Assembly (NCBI GenBank): GCA_964594265.1
Contig: CAZQLZ010000011.1
Coordinates: 1-46,299 of the forward strand
Source: an uncultured bacterium
Lineage (GTDB): Bacteria > Aquificota > Aquificia > Desulfurobacteriales > Desulfurobacteriaceae
Direction of reading: 5' to 3'
Length of the DNA stretch: 46,299 nucleotides
This document shows positions 9,299 to 19,506 of this stretch, one piece after another; position 1 is the first letter of the stretch, and each line of letters starts with the position of its first letter. Below the pieces are notes generated by a model. That model was not told the DNA's origin and ran no database searches. It saw only the letters and a list, made by a program, of their open reading frames with translations. The position numbers and the translations under genes were made by a program.

Positions 9299-9714
9299 TT
9301 AACGGACTCCGACTTAATCCTGTCAAGGATGGCGTTTATAAACTTTGGGGATTTTTCATCTTCACCGTAAGCTTTTGCTATTTCCACAGCATCGTTAATT
9401 ACCGCCGGAGGCGGAGAAATACTCTCGTTAAGTATTTCATAGGTAGCCACTCTCAGGATGGATCTATCCATAGGAAGAAGGCGGGAAACAAACCAACCTT
9501 TTTTTAAATGCCTTGAAATTTCCATATCAACATTTTTAAGATTTTCAACTGTTCTTTTAAAAAGGAGCTCCGCCATCTGTTTTACTTCTGGGGAGACACT
9601 CTTCTCTTCCCAGTAGGTAGAAATAACTTCATCTGGAGAAAAGCCGCCAATATCATACTGGTACATCATTAAACAGGCATGTTCCCTTGCCTCTTTTTTA
9701 TCCCTGTTTGTCAT
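9295..9714 (-). CDS. nusB: Transcription antitermination factor NusB
   Basis: [38 protein letters not shown]; follows ribH. Confidence 0.95.
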   Translation of the reverse strand: MTNRDKKEAREHACLMMYQYDIGGFSPDEVISTYWEEKSVSPEVKQMAELLFKRTVENLKNVDMEISRHLKKGWFVSRLLPMDRSILRVATYEILNESISPPPAVINDAVEIAKAYGEDEKSPKFINAILDRIKSESVK

Positions 9715-10175
9715 TCCATCTCCCTTAAGAGATTGACCATCTCTATTGCCGCTAAAGCAGCCTCCCAGCCTTTATTCCCAGCCTTTGTCCCTGCCCTGTC
9801 TATGGCCTGCTCAACAGTGTCAGTCGTGAGGACGCCAAATATCACAGGCTTTCCAGTTTCAAGGGAAACCGCAGCAATTCCTTTACTTACCTCAGCGGCA
9901 ACGTAGTCAAAGTGGGGAGTTTCTCCCCTTATAACAGCTCCCAGAGCAATAACAGCGTCAAAATCTTTTTTTGCCAGTTTCTTGGCAACTAAGGGAAGCT
10001 CAAAGGAGCCGGGAACCTTAAAAACGGTTATATCCTCCTCTCTACCTCCGTGGCGGAGGATACAGTCAATAGCTCCCTCCAAGAGCCTATCGGTTATAAA
10101 GGAGTTAAACCTGCTTACAGCTATCGCAAACTTTATCCCGTCAGCCTTGAGTTTACCTTCAACTACTTTCACCAT
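9711..10175 (-). CDS. ribH: 6,7-dimethyl-8-ribityllumazine synthase
   Basis: [38 protein letters not shown]. Confidence 0.98.
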   Translation of the reverse strand: MVKVVEGKLKADGIKFAIAVSRFNSFITDRLLEGAIDCILRHGGREEDITVFKVPGSFELPLVAKKLAKKDFDAVIALGAVIRGETPHFDYVAAEVSKGIAAVSLETGKPVIFGVLTTDTVEQAIDRAGTKAGNKGWEAALAAIEMVNLLREME

Positions 10176-10193
10176 TTAAACCTCTTCTTGCCG

Positions 10194-11147
10194 TTATTTA
10201 CTTCCGAAAAAGCGACCGCAGAGCTCTTTCAAAGTCTTTTCAGCACCTTCCATAATATCCTTGATAATCTCCTCTGCAGTCTCCTCCTTGTTGACGTAAC
10301 CTACAACCTGACCGGCCATAACAGAACCCCACTCAACGTCGCCTTTCTCGGCAGCAAGGCGGAGTCTCCCTTTTCCAAGCTCTTCAAGCTCCTCCTTAGA
10401 TGCACCGGAAAACTCAAGCTCTGCAAACTTTTTAGTTAACTTGTTCTCAATGAGTCTAACTGGATGTCCCGTCGTTATACCGGTAACGGTAACCTGATTA
10501 AAGCGTGCCTTTAAAATCTTCTGCTTGTAGTTTGGATGAACGTTACACTCCTTTGCCGCAAGGAAGCGAGTCCCAACCTGAACGCCCTCAGCTCCAAGAA
10601 CAAAGGCGGCTGCTGCCTGCTCTCCAAGTGCAATACCACCAGCAGCAATAACGGGAATGCTTACAGCTCTAACTATCGCAGGAATAAGAACCATCGTTGT
10701 CAGCTTACCTATGTGACCTCCTGCCTCCATTCCTTCAGCAATAACGGCATCACAACCTATCCGTTCCATACGCTTGGCAAGGGCGTCGCTTGCAACAACG
10801 GGAATAACCTTTATTCCCTTTTCTTTAAAGGCGGGAATGTACTTTCCCGGGTTTCCGGCTCCGGTCGTTACTACCGGAACTTCTTCATCAAGACAGACCT
10901 TTACTATCTCCTCAGCGTTAGGCATCATCAGCATAATGTTAACGCCAAAGGGCTTATCTGTAAGCTCCTTACACTTCCTTATCTCTTCCCTCAGCTCCTC
11001 AGCACTCCTACTTCCACCGGCGATTATTCCGAGACCTCCAGCGTTTGAAACAGCAGCCGCAAGCTCTGCGTCTGCAATCCAAGCCATTCCCCCCTGAAGG
11101 ATGGGGTATTCAATTCCCAGTATGTCACAAACCCTTGTTTTGAGCAT
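10194..11147 (-). CDS. fabK: Enoyl-ACP reductase II FabK (FMN-dependent)
   Basis: [54 protein letters not shown]; lies next to plsX-fabH. Confidence 0.9.
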   Translation of the reverse strand: MLKTRVCDILGIEYPILQGGMAWIADAELAAAVSNAGGLGIIAGGSRSAEELREEIRKCKELTDKPFGVNIMLMMPNAEEIVKVCLDEEVPVVTTGAGNPGKYIPAFKEKGIKVIPVVASDALAKRMERIGCDAVIAEGMEAGGHIGKLTTMVLIPAIVRAVSIPVIAAGGIALGEQAAAAFVLGAEGVQVGTRFLAAKECNVHPNYKQKILKARFNQVTVTGITTGHPVRLIENKLTKKFAELEFSGASKEELEELGKGRLRLAAEKGDVEWGSVMAGQVVGYVNKEETAEEIIKDIMEGAEKTLKELCGRFFGSK

Positions 11148-11167
11148 TTTTCAGCCTCCATCAGATT

Positions 11168-12109
11168 TTAAAACTTCAAGATGCAAGACCCCCAAGTAAA
11201 TCCTCCTCCAAAGCCTATAAGAAGAACCAAACTGTCCTTTTCAATTCTACCTTCCCTAACAGCCTCATCAAGGGCTATGGGTATGGAAGCGGCGCTCGTG
11301 TTACCGTACTTGTTAAGGTTTACAAAAATTTTCTCCCGGTCAATACCAAGCCTTTCGGCAACGGCGTTTATAATCCTGACGTTTGCCTGATGAGGAACAA
11401 GGAGGTCTATTTCCTGAGGAGAAACTCCTGTCTTTTCAAGAACCCGAAAGGCCGAATCAACCATAGTTCTTACAGCTACTTTAAAGACCTCGTTACCCCT
11501 CATCCTTACGTAAAATGGAAATTCTTCGTTTGAACCAACCGAAGGAACGTAGAGCAAATCTCCATAAGAGCCATCAGCTCCAAGGTCAAAACCAAGTATC
11601 CCTTCCTCTTCACTCTTTTTAAGGACAACAGCTCCGGCACCGTCTCCAAAGAGTATGCAGGTAGTTCTGTCTTCCCAGTTAACGATTTTAGAGAACCTCT
11701 CGGCGCCTATAACGAGAGCTTTGTCTACTTCCTTCGCTCTCATTATGGAATCAGCAACGTACAGGGCGTAGATGAAACCGGTGCAGGCAGCAGAAACGTC
11801 AAAGGCTATCGCCCTTTTATTTTCCATTTTCGCCTGAACTTTACAGGCAGTAGATGGGAAGAAGGCATCGGGAGTGGCAGTAGCTACGACAATAAGGTCA
11901 ACCTCTTCAGGGTTTCTACCTCTTAAAGCCCTTACGGCAGCTTCCGTGGCCATATCAGAGGTAGTTTCTCCTTCGCTAATACGGCGTTCCCTAATACCAG
12001 TCCTCGTTGTTATCCACTCATCAGAGGTTTCCACCATTTTTTCAAGGTCAAAGTTTGTAAGAACTTTGTCTGGAACGTAAGAACCGGTTGAAACTATCTT
12101 AACACCCAT
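11168..12109 (-). CDS. fabH: 3-oxoacyl-ACP synthase III
   Basis: [44 protein letters not shown]. Confidence 0.97.
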   Translation of the reverse strand: MGVKIVSTGSYVPDKVLTNFDLEKMVETSDEWITTRTGIRERRISEGETTSDMATEAAVRALRGRNPEEVDLIVVATATPDAFFPSTACKVQAKMENKRAIAFDVSAACTGFIYALYVADSIMRAKEVDKALVIGAERFSKIVNWEDRTTCILFGDGAGAVVLKKSEEEGILGFDLGADGSYGDLLYVPSVGSNEEFPFYVRMRGNEVFKVAVRTMVDSAFRVLEKTGVSPQEIDLLVPHQANVRIINAVAERLGIDREKIFVNLNKYGNTSAASIPIALDEAVREGRIEKDSLVLLIGFGGGFTWGSCILKF

Positions 12110-13112
12110 CTAACATCCCGTATTTCTCAATATTTTCTTCTATGTGCTCGTTGAGGTGACTTTCTGCAAACTGAGAAGCAACTTTTATGGCATTCTTTAT
12201 TGCTTTAGCGTTTGAACTGCCGTGAGAGATTATAACAGGCGCTTTTACACCAAGGAGGGGAGCTCCACCCCACTCGGCGTAGTCTATCCTTTTCTTAAAA
12301 GTCCTTATAGCTGGCTTAAGAGTCAGAGCTCCAAGTCTTGATATGAAATGTCTCTCTATTTCTTCCCTCAGTATTTTCGCAAGTATTCCAGCAAGACTTT
12401 CACTGAGTTTCAAGGCAACGTTACCTACAAAACCATCACAGACTATAACGTCAAAATTACCAGAGTAGATATCTCTACCTTCTGCATTACCAACAAAGTT
12501 TAACCCTTTTTCCTTTGCCGCCTTTAAGAGGACAAAGGCCTCCTTTGTCAGTTCATTACCTTTACCCTCTTCCTCTCCAATGTTAAGAAGACCTACCTTC
12601 GGGTTAATCTCTCCGAGCACATACTTTGCATAAGCTTCACCCATTACCGCAAACTGAAGAAGGTGAATAGGCTTACAGTCAACGTTTGCTCCAACGTCAA
12701 GGAGAAAGGTCTGGCTCTTAAGGTTTGGAAGCACCGCAGAGATAGCCGGCCTATCTACTCCTTTAAGTCTTCCAACCGTAAAAAGAGATATAGCCATAAC
12801 AGCTCCTGTGTTGCCAGCACTGACAAAAGCGTCAGCCTCTTTTCTTTTAACAAGATCTAAACCAACGTGAATAGAAGACCCCTTCCTTTTCAAAGCTTTT
12901 GACGGTTGCTCGTCCATAGGAACGGCATCATTTGCTGGAACTACCTCTATCTTCCCAAAAGGATAGGAAAACTTTTCAAGTTCTTTTTTGAGACGCTCTT
13001 CGTCACCCGTAAGAATAACGGAAATGCCAAATTCCCTAACGGCCTGAACAGCACCCATAACTGGAACATGGGGGGCATTATCCCCCCCCATGGCGTCCAG
13101 AACTACCCTCAT
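12099..13112 (-). CDS. plsX: Phosphate acyltransferase PlsX
   Basis: [53 protein letters not shown]. Confidence 0.97.
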   Translation of the reverse strand: MRVVLDAMGGDNAPHVPVMGAVQAVREFGISVILTGDEERLKKELEKFSYPFGKIEVVPANDAVPMDEQPSKALKRKGSSIHVGLDLVKRKEADAFVSAGNTGAVMAISLFTVGRLKGVDRPAISAVLPNLKSQTFLLDVGANVDCKPIHLLQFAVMGEAYAKYVLGEINPKVGLLNIGEEEGKGNELTKEAFVLLKAAKEKGLNFVGNAEGRDIYSGNFDVIVCDGFVGNVALKLSESLAGILAKILREEIERHFISRLGALTLKPAIRTFKKRIDYAEWGGAPLLGVKAPVIISHGSSNAKAIKNAIKVASQFAESHLNEHIEENIEKYGMLDGC

Positions 13113-13113
13113 C

Positions 13114-13293
13114 TTACTCTTCTACCTCTATAACCTGCTCTCCCTTGTAGTAACCGCAGTACCTACAAACCCTGTGAGGGAGCTTGGGTTGGTAGCAGTT
13201 TGGACAGACCGAAATAGCCGGCACTTTTGCCTTCCAGTGGGTTCTCCTCTTGTCTCTTCTTGTCCTTGAAACTTTCCTCTTTGGAACTGCCAT
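13114..13293 (-). CDS. rpmF: 50S ribosomal protein L32 (zinc-ribbon form)
   Basis: Below the ORF-track cutoff. Manual translation: [59 protein letters not shown] (59 aa); classic yceD-rpmF-plsX order. Confidence 0.97.
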   Translation of the reverse strand: MAVPKRKVSRTRRDKRRTHWKAKVPAISVCPNCYQPKLPHRVCRYCGYYKGEQVIEVEE

Positions 13294-13294
13294 C

Positions 13295-13798
13295 TTACTT
13301 CTCCTTCTCCATCAGTTTATTTTTAAAAGCTTTGAGCTTTTCCCACTGATCAACTTTACTCTCGTTCCACTCCTCATAACGGGGAACTTCACACTCTTCA
13401 TCACACAGAGGCTTAACGGGTAAATTCAGGAGAATCTGTTCTCTAACAACCTCCACAAGGTCAAGGACTTCTTCGTCGGAGAATTTTATATCAAGGTCAG
13501 AAGATTTTATCTCTCCTCCCGTAATCTCCGAAGTTGGCATGAGGCGAAAAGAAAAGTCCCTATCTATCCTCTCCATAAATTTTTTGTTGCACCTACTACA
13601 GGTAAGCTCCACCTCGCCTTCTATCCTGCCCTTTACTCCGTAACCGACAGGTCTTTTGTAAACTTCCACTTGGAGCTTAAAAGAGGTAGCAGAGCTTACC
13701 TCTTCTTTGGGAAGATCTAAGAGTTTTGGCTGTATTTCTGTCTCTACCCTTATAGGTTCCTTAGCCGTAACTTCGTTAAGGTTAATTCTCCTCTTCAT
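13295..13798 (-). CDS. yceD: YceD/DUF177 family protein
   Basis: LTCSRC and [17 protein letters not shown] motifs; upstream of rpmF. Confidence 0.9.
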   Translation of the reverse strand: MKRRINLNEVTAKEPIRVETEIQPKLLDLPKEEVSSATSFKLQVEVYKRPVGYGVKGRIEGEVELTCSRCNKKFMERIDRDFSFRLMPTSEITGGEIKSSDLDIKFSDEEVLDLVEVVREQILLNLPVKPLCDEECEVPRYEEWNESKVDQWEKLKAFKNKLMEKEK

Positions 13799-13893
13799 GG
13801 CTTTAGCCTGTGATAAGATTGCCTTGAAATTTGGAGGATAAAGTTATGCACGAAAAACGGATTTTGCAAATTCTATTAAAACGGAGGAACGCA

Positions 13894-14742
13894 ATGGGAA
13901 GTTTTCTTGCCATTGTAGCTTTCTTTCTCTTCTCCATACCGGCAAGTGCCAAGATAATTGACTACATAGTTGCCGTTGTAAATGGAGAACCTATACTCTA
14001 CAGCGAACTAATTAGTTACGCTAAGGAAAACCGTATACCTGACTTAGAAAAAGCAAGGGACTCACTCATTGAAAAGAAAATTTTGCTGACAGAGGCAAAA
14101 GAAGAAGGATTAACAGTTTCAAACGAAGAGGTAGAAAAGGCATTAAAGGACTTCATGGAGCAAAGCGGGTTTAAAACAAAAGAAGAATTAAAAAGAGCTC
14201 TAAGGAAAGAAGGACTTACCTTAGAAGAAGTAAAGGCAAAGATAAGAGAGCAACTACTGGTTGCCAAGCTCATAGCAAGTAAAGTAAAGCCAAAGGTGAA
14301 AATCACAGACCTTGAAGTAGAGAAAGCGTGTAGGAGGGAAAATAGTTTCCGTGTAAGAGAGGTCTGCTACATATTTACTAAGAATAAAGACAAAGCAGAA
14401 AAAGCTTTAAAAGCACTAAAGGCTGGAGCTCCTTTTGAAAAGGTAGCCAAAGAGTACTCAGAAGACCCAGTCACGGCAAAGAAAGGTGGTTACCTTGGCA
14501 AAGTCAGAAAAGGTACACTCATCAAGCCCTTAGATACAGTAGTCTGGAGCACAGAACCTGGTAAGTTTAATCTGATTCAGACAAAAGACGGTTATTTTAT
14601 TGTTTACGTCAAGTCGGAAAGGAGTAAAGGATGCAATAGAGAAAAAATCAGACGGGAGCTCTACACGAAGAAGTTTCAAGAGACTTTAAAGGCTTTTATT
14701 GAAGAGCTTAAAAAGAAAGCAAGCGTGAAGGTCTATATTTAA
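13894..14742 (+). CDS. SurA-like periplasmic chaperone / PpiC-type peptidyl-prolyl isomerase
   Basis: RBS GGAGG then ATG at 13894; signal peptide; IVAVVNGEPI (SurA N-domain); FEKVAKEYSED...KGGYLG parvulin motif. Confidence 0.85.
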   Translation: MGSFLAIVAFFLFSIPASAKIIDYIVAVVNGEPILYSELISYAKENRIPDLEKARDSLIEKKILLTEAKEEGLTVSNEEVEKALKDFMEQSGFKTKEELKRALRKEGLTLEEVKAKIREQLLVAKLIASKVKPKVKITDLEVEKACRRENSFRVREVCYIFTKNKDKAEKALKALKAGAPFEKVAKEYSEDPVTAKKGGYLGKVRKGTLIKPLDTVVWSTEPGKFNLIQTKDGYFIVYVKSERSKGCNREKIRRELYTKKFQETLKAFIEELKKKASVKVYI

Positions 14743-14770
14743 GGATTCAAAAACTTCTTCTGGAGGAAAG

Positions 14771-15427
14771 TTGGTAGTAGTTAGGTTGAAAACCTTTGAA
14801 GAAATTGTAGAAAAGCTAAAAGGATTCAAGAAAATTTTCATTCTTGGTTGTGAAGTTGGTTCAGGAAGGTGCAGGAACGGTGGACTGAGAGAGGCCTTAG
14901 AGCTATCTGAGAGGCTGAAAAAGGCAGGATTTGAAATAGTCGGAGTAAAAAGTCCCGGTGGGACGTGCATTCTTGAAAAGATAGATGGAACAGAAAAAAG
15001 TTTAGTAAAAGAAGCAGAAAAAGTGGCGGACGCCATAGTATCTTTAGCCTGTGGTGCAGGAACCCAGCTAATAGCTGAAAGAGTTAACATTCCTGTAATA
15101 ACGGGCGTTACCACCCTTTTTATAGGTGCAGAGAGGGAAGGAAAATTTTTCAACGAGTACTGTATAGCTTGTGGAGACTGTATTATTTCCGATACGGGTG
15201 GAATATGCCCCATAGCCCGCTGTCCTAAATCCCTCGTAAACGGCCCCTGCGGTGGCGCTATTAAAGGACAGTGTGAGGTTGACCCAGAGCTCCCGTGCAT
15301 CTGGTACATAATAGCAGAGAGAATGAAAAAAATAGGAACGTTTAACAGGTTAAAGGAAAATGCTCCACTTAAGGACTACAGCAAGTCCGTATATCCAAGA
15401 AGGTTAATACTGGAGGAGAGGTCTTGA
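14771..15427 (+). CDS. metV: Methylenetetrahydrofolate reductase small Cys-rich subunit (MetV / MTHFR_C domain)
   Basis: LACGAGTQ and CIACGDC......GICPIARCPKSLVNGPCGG...GQCEV.....CIW; overlaps the metF start; TTG start with RBS GGAGG. Confidence 0.85.
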   Translation: MVVVRLKTFEEIVEKLKGFKKIFILGCEVGSGRCRNGGLREALELSERLKKAGFEIVGVKSPGGTCILEKIDGTEKSLVKEAEKVADAIVSLACGAGTQLIAERVNIPVITGVTTLFIGAEREGKFFNEYCIACGDCIISDTGGICPIARCPKSLVNGPCGGAIKGQCEVDPELPCIWYIIAERMKKIGTFNRLKENAPLKDYSKSVYPRRLILEERS

Positions 15428-16311
15428 CCTTTGGAGAGAAACTAAAAGCAGGAAAATTCTTGATAACGGCCGAAGTCGCTCCTCCAAGAGGAACAGACTG
15501 GGAAAGTGTTGTAAAAGGAATAGAACCCTTGCGGGGAAAGGTAGATGCCTTTAACGTTACCGACTGTCAAAGGTCAATGGTTAGAATGTCTTCTCTGGCA
15601 ATGTCAAAGCTCCTCCTTGATAACGGTTTTGACCCGATACTACAGCTTACCTGTAGGGACAGGAACAGGATAGCTCTCCAGTCTGACCTTCTGGGAGCCG
15701 CAGCCCTCGGCATTAGGAACATCTGCCTTATGACCGGGGACTTTACAACCCTTGGAGATCAGAAGGACGCAAAGCCTGTCTTTGATATAGACTCCGTTCA
15801 ACTGATAGAAACGGCGAAAAGGCTTACAGAAGGATACCTCCTAAACGGTAAGGAACTAAAAGGAATCCCCAACTTTTGCATCGGCGCTGTTTTTAATCCC
15901 TTTGCAGGACCTTTTGAACTTCAGGTTATGAAGTTAGAGAAAAAGATTAAGGCAGGAGCCCAGTTTATCCAGACCCAGCCTATCTATGAGGTGAAAATAG
16001 CAGAAGAGGTCAACAGTCTCATATCAGAACTTGGAGCTGTCCCCATTATCGGTTTACTTCCTATCAAGAGTCTAAGGATGGCTAATTTTATGAAGAAGCT
16101 CAACCCTACATCTATTCCTAACTCCTTAATAGAAGGACTTGAAAAGGCAGAAAACCCGGCAAAGTACGGCTGGGACTACATAATAGACTTGGCTCACGCT
16201 ATTGCAGAGTTTGGCAAGGGCATTCACTTTATGCTCGTTGGAAAAACAGAGGAGCTCGCCTCCTTTATAGACTACTTAAGAAATCACGAAGAGTACAACC
16301 ACAAGTTTTAA
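15424..16311 (+). CDS. metF: Methylenetetrahydrofolate reductase
   Basis: ITAEVAPPRG, NVTD, QLTCRDRNRIALQSDLLGA, MTGD, VFDIDS, KKIKAGAQFIQTQ. Confidence 0.93.
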   Translation: MTFGEKLKAGKFLITAEVAPPRGTDWESVVKGIEPLRGKVDAFNVTDCQRSMVRMSSLAMSKLLLDNGFDPILQLTCRDRNRIALQSDLLGAAALGIRNICLMTGDFTTLGDQKDAKPVFDIDSVQLIETAKRLTEGYLLNGKELKGIPNFCIGAVFNPFAGPFELQVMKLEKKIKAGAQFIQTQPIYEVKIAEEVNSLISELGAVPIIGLLPIKSLRMANFMKKLNPTSIPNSLIEGLEKAENPAKYGWDYIIDLAHAIAEFGKGIHFMLVGKTEELASFIDYLRNHEEYNHKF

Positions 16312-16326
16312 GGGAGGATTATCTAC

Positions 16327-17013
16327 ATGAACGACCTACCGGTGCACGTCGGCATAATAATGGATGGAAACGGTAGGTGGGCAAAGAGGAGAGGGCTCCC
16401 AAGAATTGAGGGTCATAGGAAAGGAGCCGAGGTAACCGAGAAGATAGTTATAGCCGCAAGCAGGCTTGGAATAAAGTATCTATCCCTCTATGCTTTCTCA
16501 ACTGAAAACTGGAAAAGGCCAAAGGAGGAGGTTGAGTTTCTCTTTCACCTAATGTACGAGTACGTGAAAAGTAAACTAAACCTCTTCCTTGACAACAATG
16601 TAAGCTTTAGGGCTATGGGAAGACTCCATCAACTTCCCGAATACCTTCAGGAAGGTTTTAAGGAAATAGAGGAGAAAACCGCCCACTGCACCGGCATGAC
16701 GGCCGTTTTTGCCGTTAACTACGGAGGAAGACAGGAGATTATTGACGCGGTTAACAGAGCTCTAAAGGCAGGGGAGAAGGAGATAAACGAAGAGGTAATA
16801 AGGAAATACCTCTACATTCCGGAGCTCCCCGACCTTGACCTCCTCATAAGGACGAGCGGGGAGCTGAGAATTTCCAACTTCCTCCTCTGGCAGTCGGCCT
16901 ATACAGAGCTCTGGTTCACTAAAACCCTCTGGCCAGACTTTACAGAAGAAGAATTCTTAGCTGCCATTGAAGACTACAAGAAGAGAGAACGAAGGTTCGG
17001 CGGTCTAAAATGA
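16327..17013 (+). CDS. uppS: Undecaprenyl diphosphate synthase
   Basis: HVGIIMDGNGRWA, YAFSTENWKRP, NYGGRQEI, IRTSGELRISNFLLWQ, RRFGG. Confidence 0.98.
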   Translation: MNDLPVHVGIIMDGNGRWAKRRGLPRIEGHRKGAEVTEKIVIAASRLGIKYLSLYAFSTENWKRPKEEVEFLFHLMYEYVKSKLNLFLDNNVSFRAMGRLHQLPEYLQEGFKEIEEKTAHCTGMTAVFAVNYGGRQEIIDAVNRALKAGEKEINEEVIRKYLYIPELPDLDLLIRTSGELRISNFLLWQSAYTELWFTKTLWPDFTEEEFLAAIEDYKKRERRFGGLK

Positions 17014-17762
17014 GAGAAAGGCTCATAGGTGCGCTACTTGTCGTAACTTACGCTTTAACTATGGTCATAGCTCCTAAGGACTTTTACATCTCCTTAGTTT
17101 ACCTTCTCGGTATAGGGATGGTGGCAGAGCTCTTTAAAATGTCCAGAATGGAGAGTGCAAAAACTGCAGCTGCAGTGATATTCTCAATTCTCTACTTTGC
17201 CGGAATACACATCCCTCATATCTCCTTCCTCATTCCTTCAGCAGGAATTCTCTTCCTTTTTAGCTACTTCCTAATAATAGAGAAAAGAGTTCCCGAAAAG
17301 TTCTTGGTAACTGCCGGGTTTTTCATATATTTGAGCATGGGAGTAATAGCCATAGGAAAACTCTCTAAGGAGCTCTTTATACTTCTCCTCAGTATCGTAT
17401 GGTCGGTTGACACATCTGCCTACTTAGTAGGTAAGTACTTCGGTAAACATAAGTTAATACCGGAAATTAGCCCTAAAAAAACCGTTGAAGGAGCAGTTGG
17501 CGGCACAGTTGGAGGGGTAATTACTGGAAGTTTAATCGGAAACCATTTGGGAATTTTTGAGTCTTCCCTTCTTACACTCTTTATACTTGCCACTCTTACA
17601 GTTGTGTCCCAAATTGGAGACCTACTTGAAAGCTTTATCAAAAGGCTTTTCGGCGTTAAAGACTCAGGTAGTCTAATTCCCGGACACGGAGGATTACTTG
17701 ATAGATTGGACAGCAGTTTAGCGGTTGCCCCATTTTTAGTCATCGTTGGAGGTCTACAGTGA
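17010..17762 (+). CDS. cdsA: Phosphatidate cytidylyltransferase
   Basis: DTSAYLVG, ISPKKTVEG, GDLLESFIKR..GVKDSG.LIPGHGG.LDRLDS. Confidence 0.96.
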   Translation: MRERLIGALLVVTYALTMVIAPKDFYISLVYLLGIGMVAELFKMSRMESAKTAAAVIFSILYFAGIHIPHISFLIPSAGILFLFSYFLIIEKRVPEKFLVTAGFFIYLSMGVIAIGKLSKELFILLLSIVWSVDTSAYLVGKYFGKHKLIPEISPKKTVEGAVGGTVGGVITGSLIGNHLGIFESSLLTLFILATLTVVSQIGDLLESFIKRLFGVKDSGSLIPGHGGLLDRLDSSLAVAPFLVIVGGLQ

Positions 17763-18748
17763 GAATAGAGATAGGACACGGTAGCGGTGGAAGGCTTACC
17801 CGCGAACTTATAGAAAGAGTATTCCTAAGGTACTTTGACACTCCAGAACTAAAACCGTTACAGGACGCGTCATACATATTTGTAAACGCAAAGTCAATAG
17901 CCATAACCACAGACTCCTATGTCATTAGTCCCCGTTTTTTTCCCGGCGGCGATATAGGGAAACTCAGCATCTGCGGAACAGTTAACGACTTAACAGTAAG
18001 TGGTGCAATACCTAAGTACATATCCGTTGGATTCATACTTGAAGAGGGACTTTCCTTAGAGGAATTAGAAAAAATTGTTAGAAGTATGGCAGAAACTGCT
18101 AAAAGAGCAGGAGTAAAAATAGTTACCGGCGACACGAAAGTTGTTGAAAGTGGAAAGTGCGATGGTATATACATAAACACAACAGGCGTAGGTGAGGTCG
18201 TAAGGGAGCTCTCTCCTCAAAACTCTAAACCCGGAGACGTTGTAATAGTAACCGGCTACGTGGGAGATCACGGGACAGCTGTCTCCTTAGCTCGGGAAAA
18301 CTTTGAAATTGAAACCGAAGTAAAGAGCGACTGTGCTCCTCTAAACTCTCTCTTAGTGCCCCTGTTTGAGCTTGAAGGTCTCCGCTGGATGAGAGATCCA
18401 ACAAGGGGAGGACTTGCAACTGCGTTGATTGAGTTTGCCGAAAGCGCAAAGGTAGGAGTAAGACTCTATGAGGAAAAAATACCCGTAAGAGAAGAAGTTA
18501 AGTTCATCTCCGAGATGATAGGCTACGACCCACTATACCTTGCAAATGAAGGAAAGGCAGTAATCATCGCAAGCAAAGAAGATGCTGAAAAAACTTTGGA
18601 ACTGCTCCGTTCCCATCCATTGGGTAAGGATGCCGAAATAATAGGAGAAGTAACTAAAGACTTCAAAGGCGTAAGGCTAATAACTTCTATAGGTGGTGAA
18701 AGGCGGCTTGAACTTCTTGAAGAAGACCCCCTTCCGAGGATCTGCTAA
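17759..18748 (+). CDS. hypE: Hydrogenase maturation protein HypE
   Basis: HGSGG, TTDSY, GDIGKL..CGTVND, GDTKVV, MRDPTRGG, ANEGK, C-terminal PRIC. Confidence 0.97.
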   Translation: MRIEIGHGSGGRLTRELIERVFLRYFDTPELKPLQDASYIFVNAKSIAITTDSYVISPRFFPGGDIGKLSICGTVNDLTVSGAIPKYISVGFILEEGLSLEELEKIVRSMAETAKRAGVKIVTGDTKVVESGKCDGIYINTTGVGEVVRELSPQNSKPGDVVIVTGYVGDHGTAVSLARENFEIETEVKSDCAPLNSLLVPLFELEGLRWMRDPTRGGLATALIEFAESAKVGVRLYEEKIPVREEVKFISEMIGYDPLYLANEGKAVIIASKEDAEKTLELLRSHPLGKDAEIIGEVTKDFKGVRLITSIGGERRLELLEEDPLPRIC

Positions 18749-19492
18749 ATGAAGATTCTCTTCTTTTCTTACCTCCTTATACTGGCTGTAATCTTATTAG
18801 ACAGGAAGTTTGGAATCGGTCTCTGGAGAGAGCTCTTTGCATCTTCCATCCTTTCACTAATTCAGCTTATCGGTATTGGCTTTATAATTCTTTTCTTTCT
18901 TAAGCTGCAGCTAAAAGCAATTTACCCAATTTTCGTTCTTCTTTTCTACATAAATGCTGCAATAATCTCAACGAAGAGATTCACATTCAAGGGATACAGC
19001 AAAAGAACAGGTTTCGTAGTATCGCTCATTTCAATTGCTTCTGTTTCCTCAATATCTCTGCTACTTTTATTTTTGAGTGGAATCCTGAAAGTAAAAGCAA
19101 ACAGCATTATACCACTAGCCGGAATAGTCACGGCAGCCGGAATGAGGAGCTTGTCCTTGACCTTCAAATATTACGCTACAAGACTGAAAGACCTTGAAGA
19201 TATTATCACTTCTATGGCAGCACTGGGAGCAGAAGACACGCAAATTTTTAAGTTCATCTTTAGGGAACTTATAAACGACGTAACCATTCCCGTAAGAGAC
19301 ATGCTTAGATCCGCAGGTATAGTCCACATACCGGGAGTAATGGTAGGACTACTCTTAGCAGGAACATTACCGCTAAAGGCAGCTGTAATCCAGTTTGCCA
19401 TTCTCTCTACAATGATATTTCAATTCTTTTTCGTACCAAGCTTAGCCCTTTTCACCCTTGTTGCAATGTGTGGCCTTAAAATTGAAAAGTAA
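18749..19492 (+). CDS. UPF0014/FetB(YbbM)-like ABC-type permease
   Basis: Multi-TM; IQL...GF, IIPLAG, ALGA, GIVHIPGVMVGLLLAG..PL.A...Q motif of the FetB/YbbM family. Confidence 0.8.
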   Translation: MKILFFSYLLILAVILLDRKFGIGLWRELFASSILSLIQLIGIGFIILFFLKLQLKAIYPIFVLLFYINAAIISTKRFTFKGYSKRTGFVVSLISIASVSSISLLLLFLSGILKVKANSIIPLAGIVTAAGMRSLSLTFKYYATRLKDLEDIITSMAALGAEDTQIFKFIFRELINDVTIPVRDMLRSAGIVHIPGVMVGLLLAGTLPLKAAVIQFAILSTMIFQFFFVPSLALFTLVAMCGLKIEK

Positions 19493-19506
19493 AGGCGGAG
19501 GAAACA

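Noticed and set aside
14686-15309. 207-aa antisense ORF
   Set aside because: Shadow of metV on the opposite strand; no recognisable motifs.
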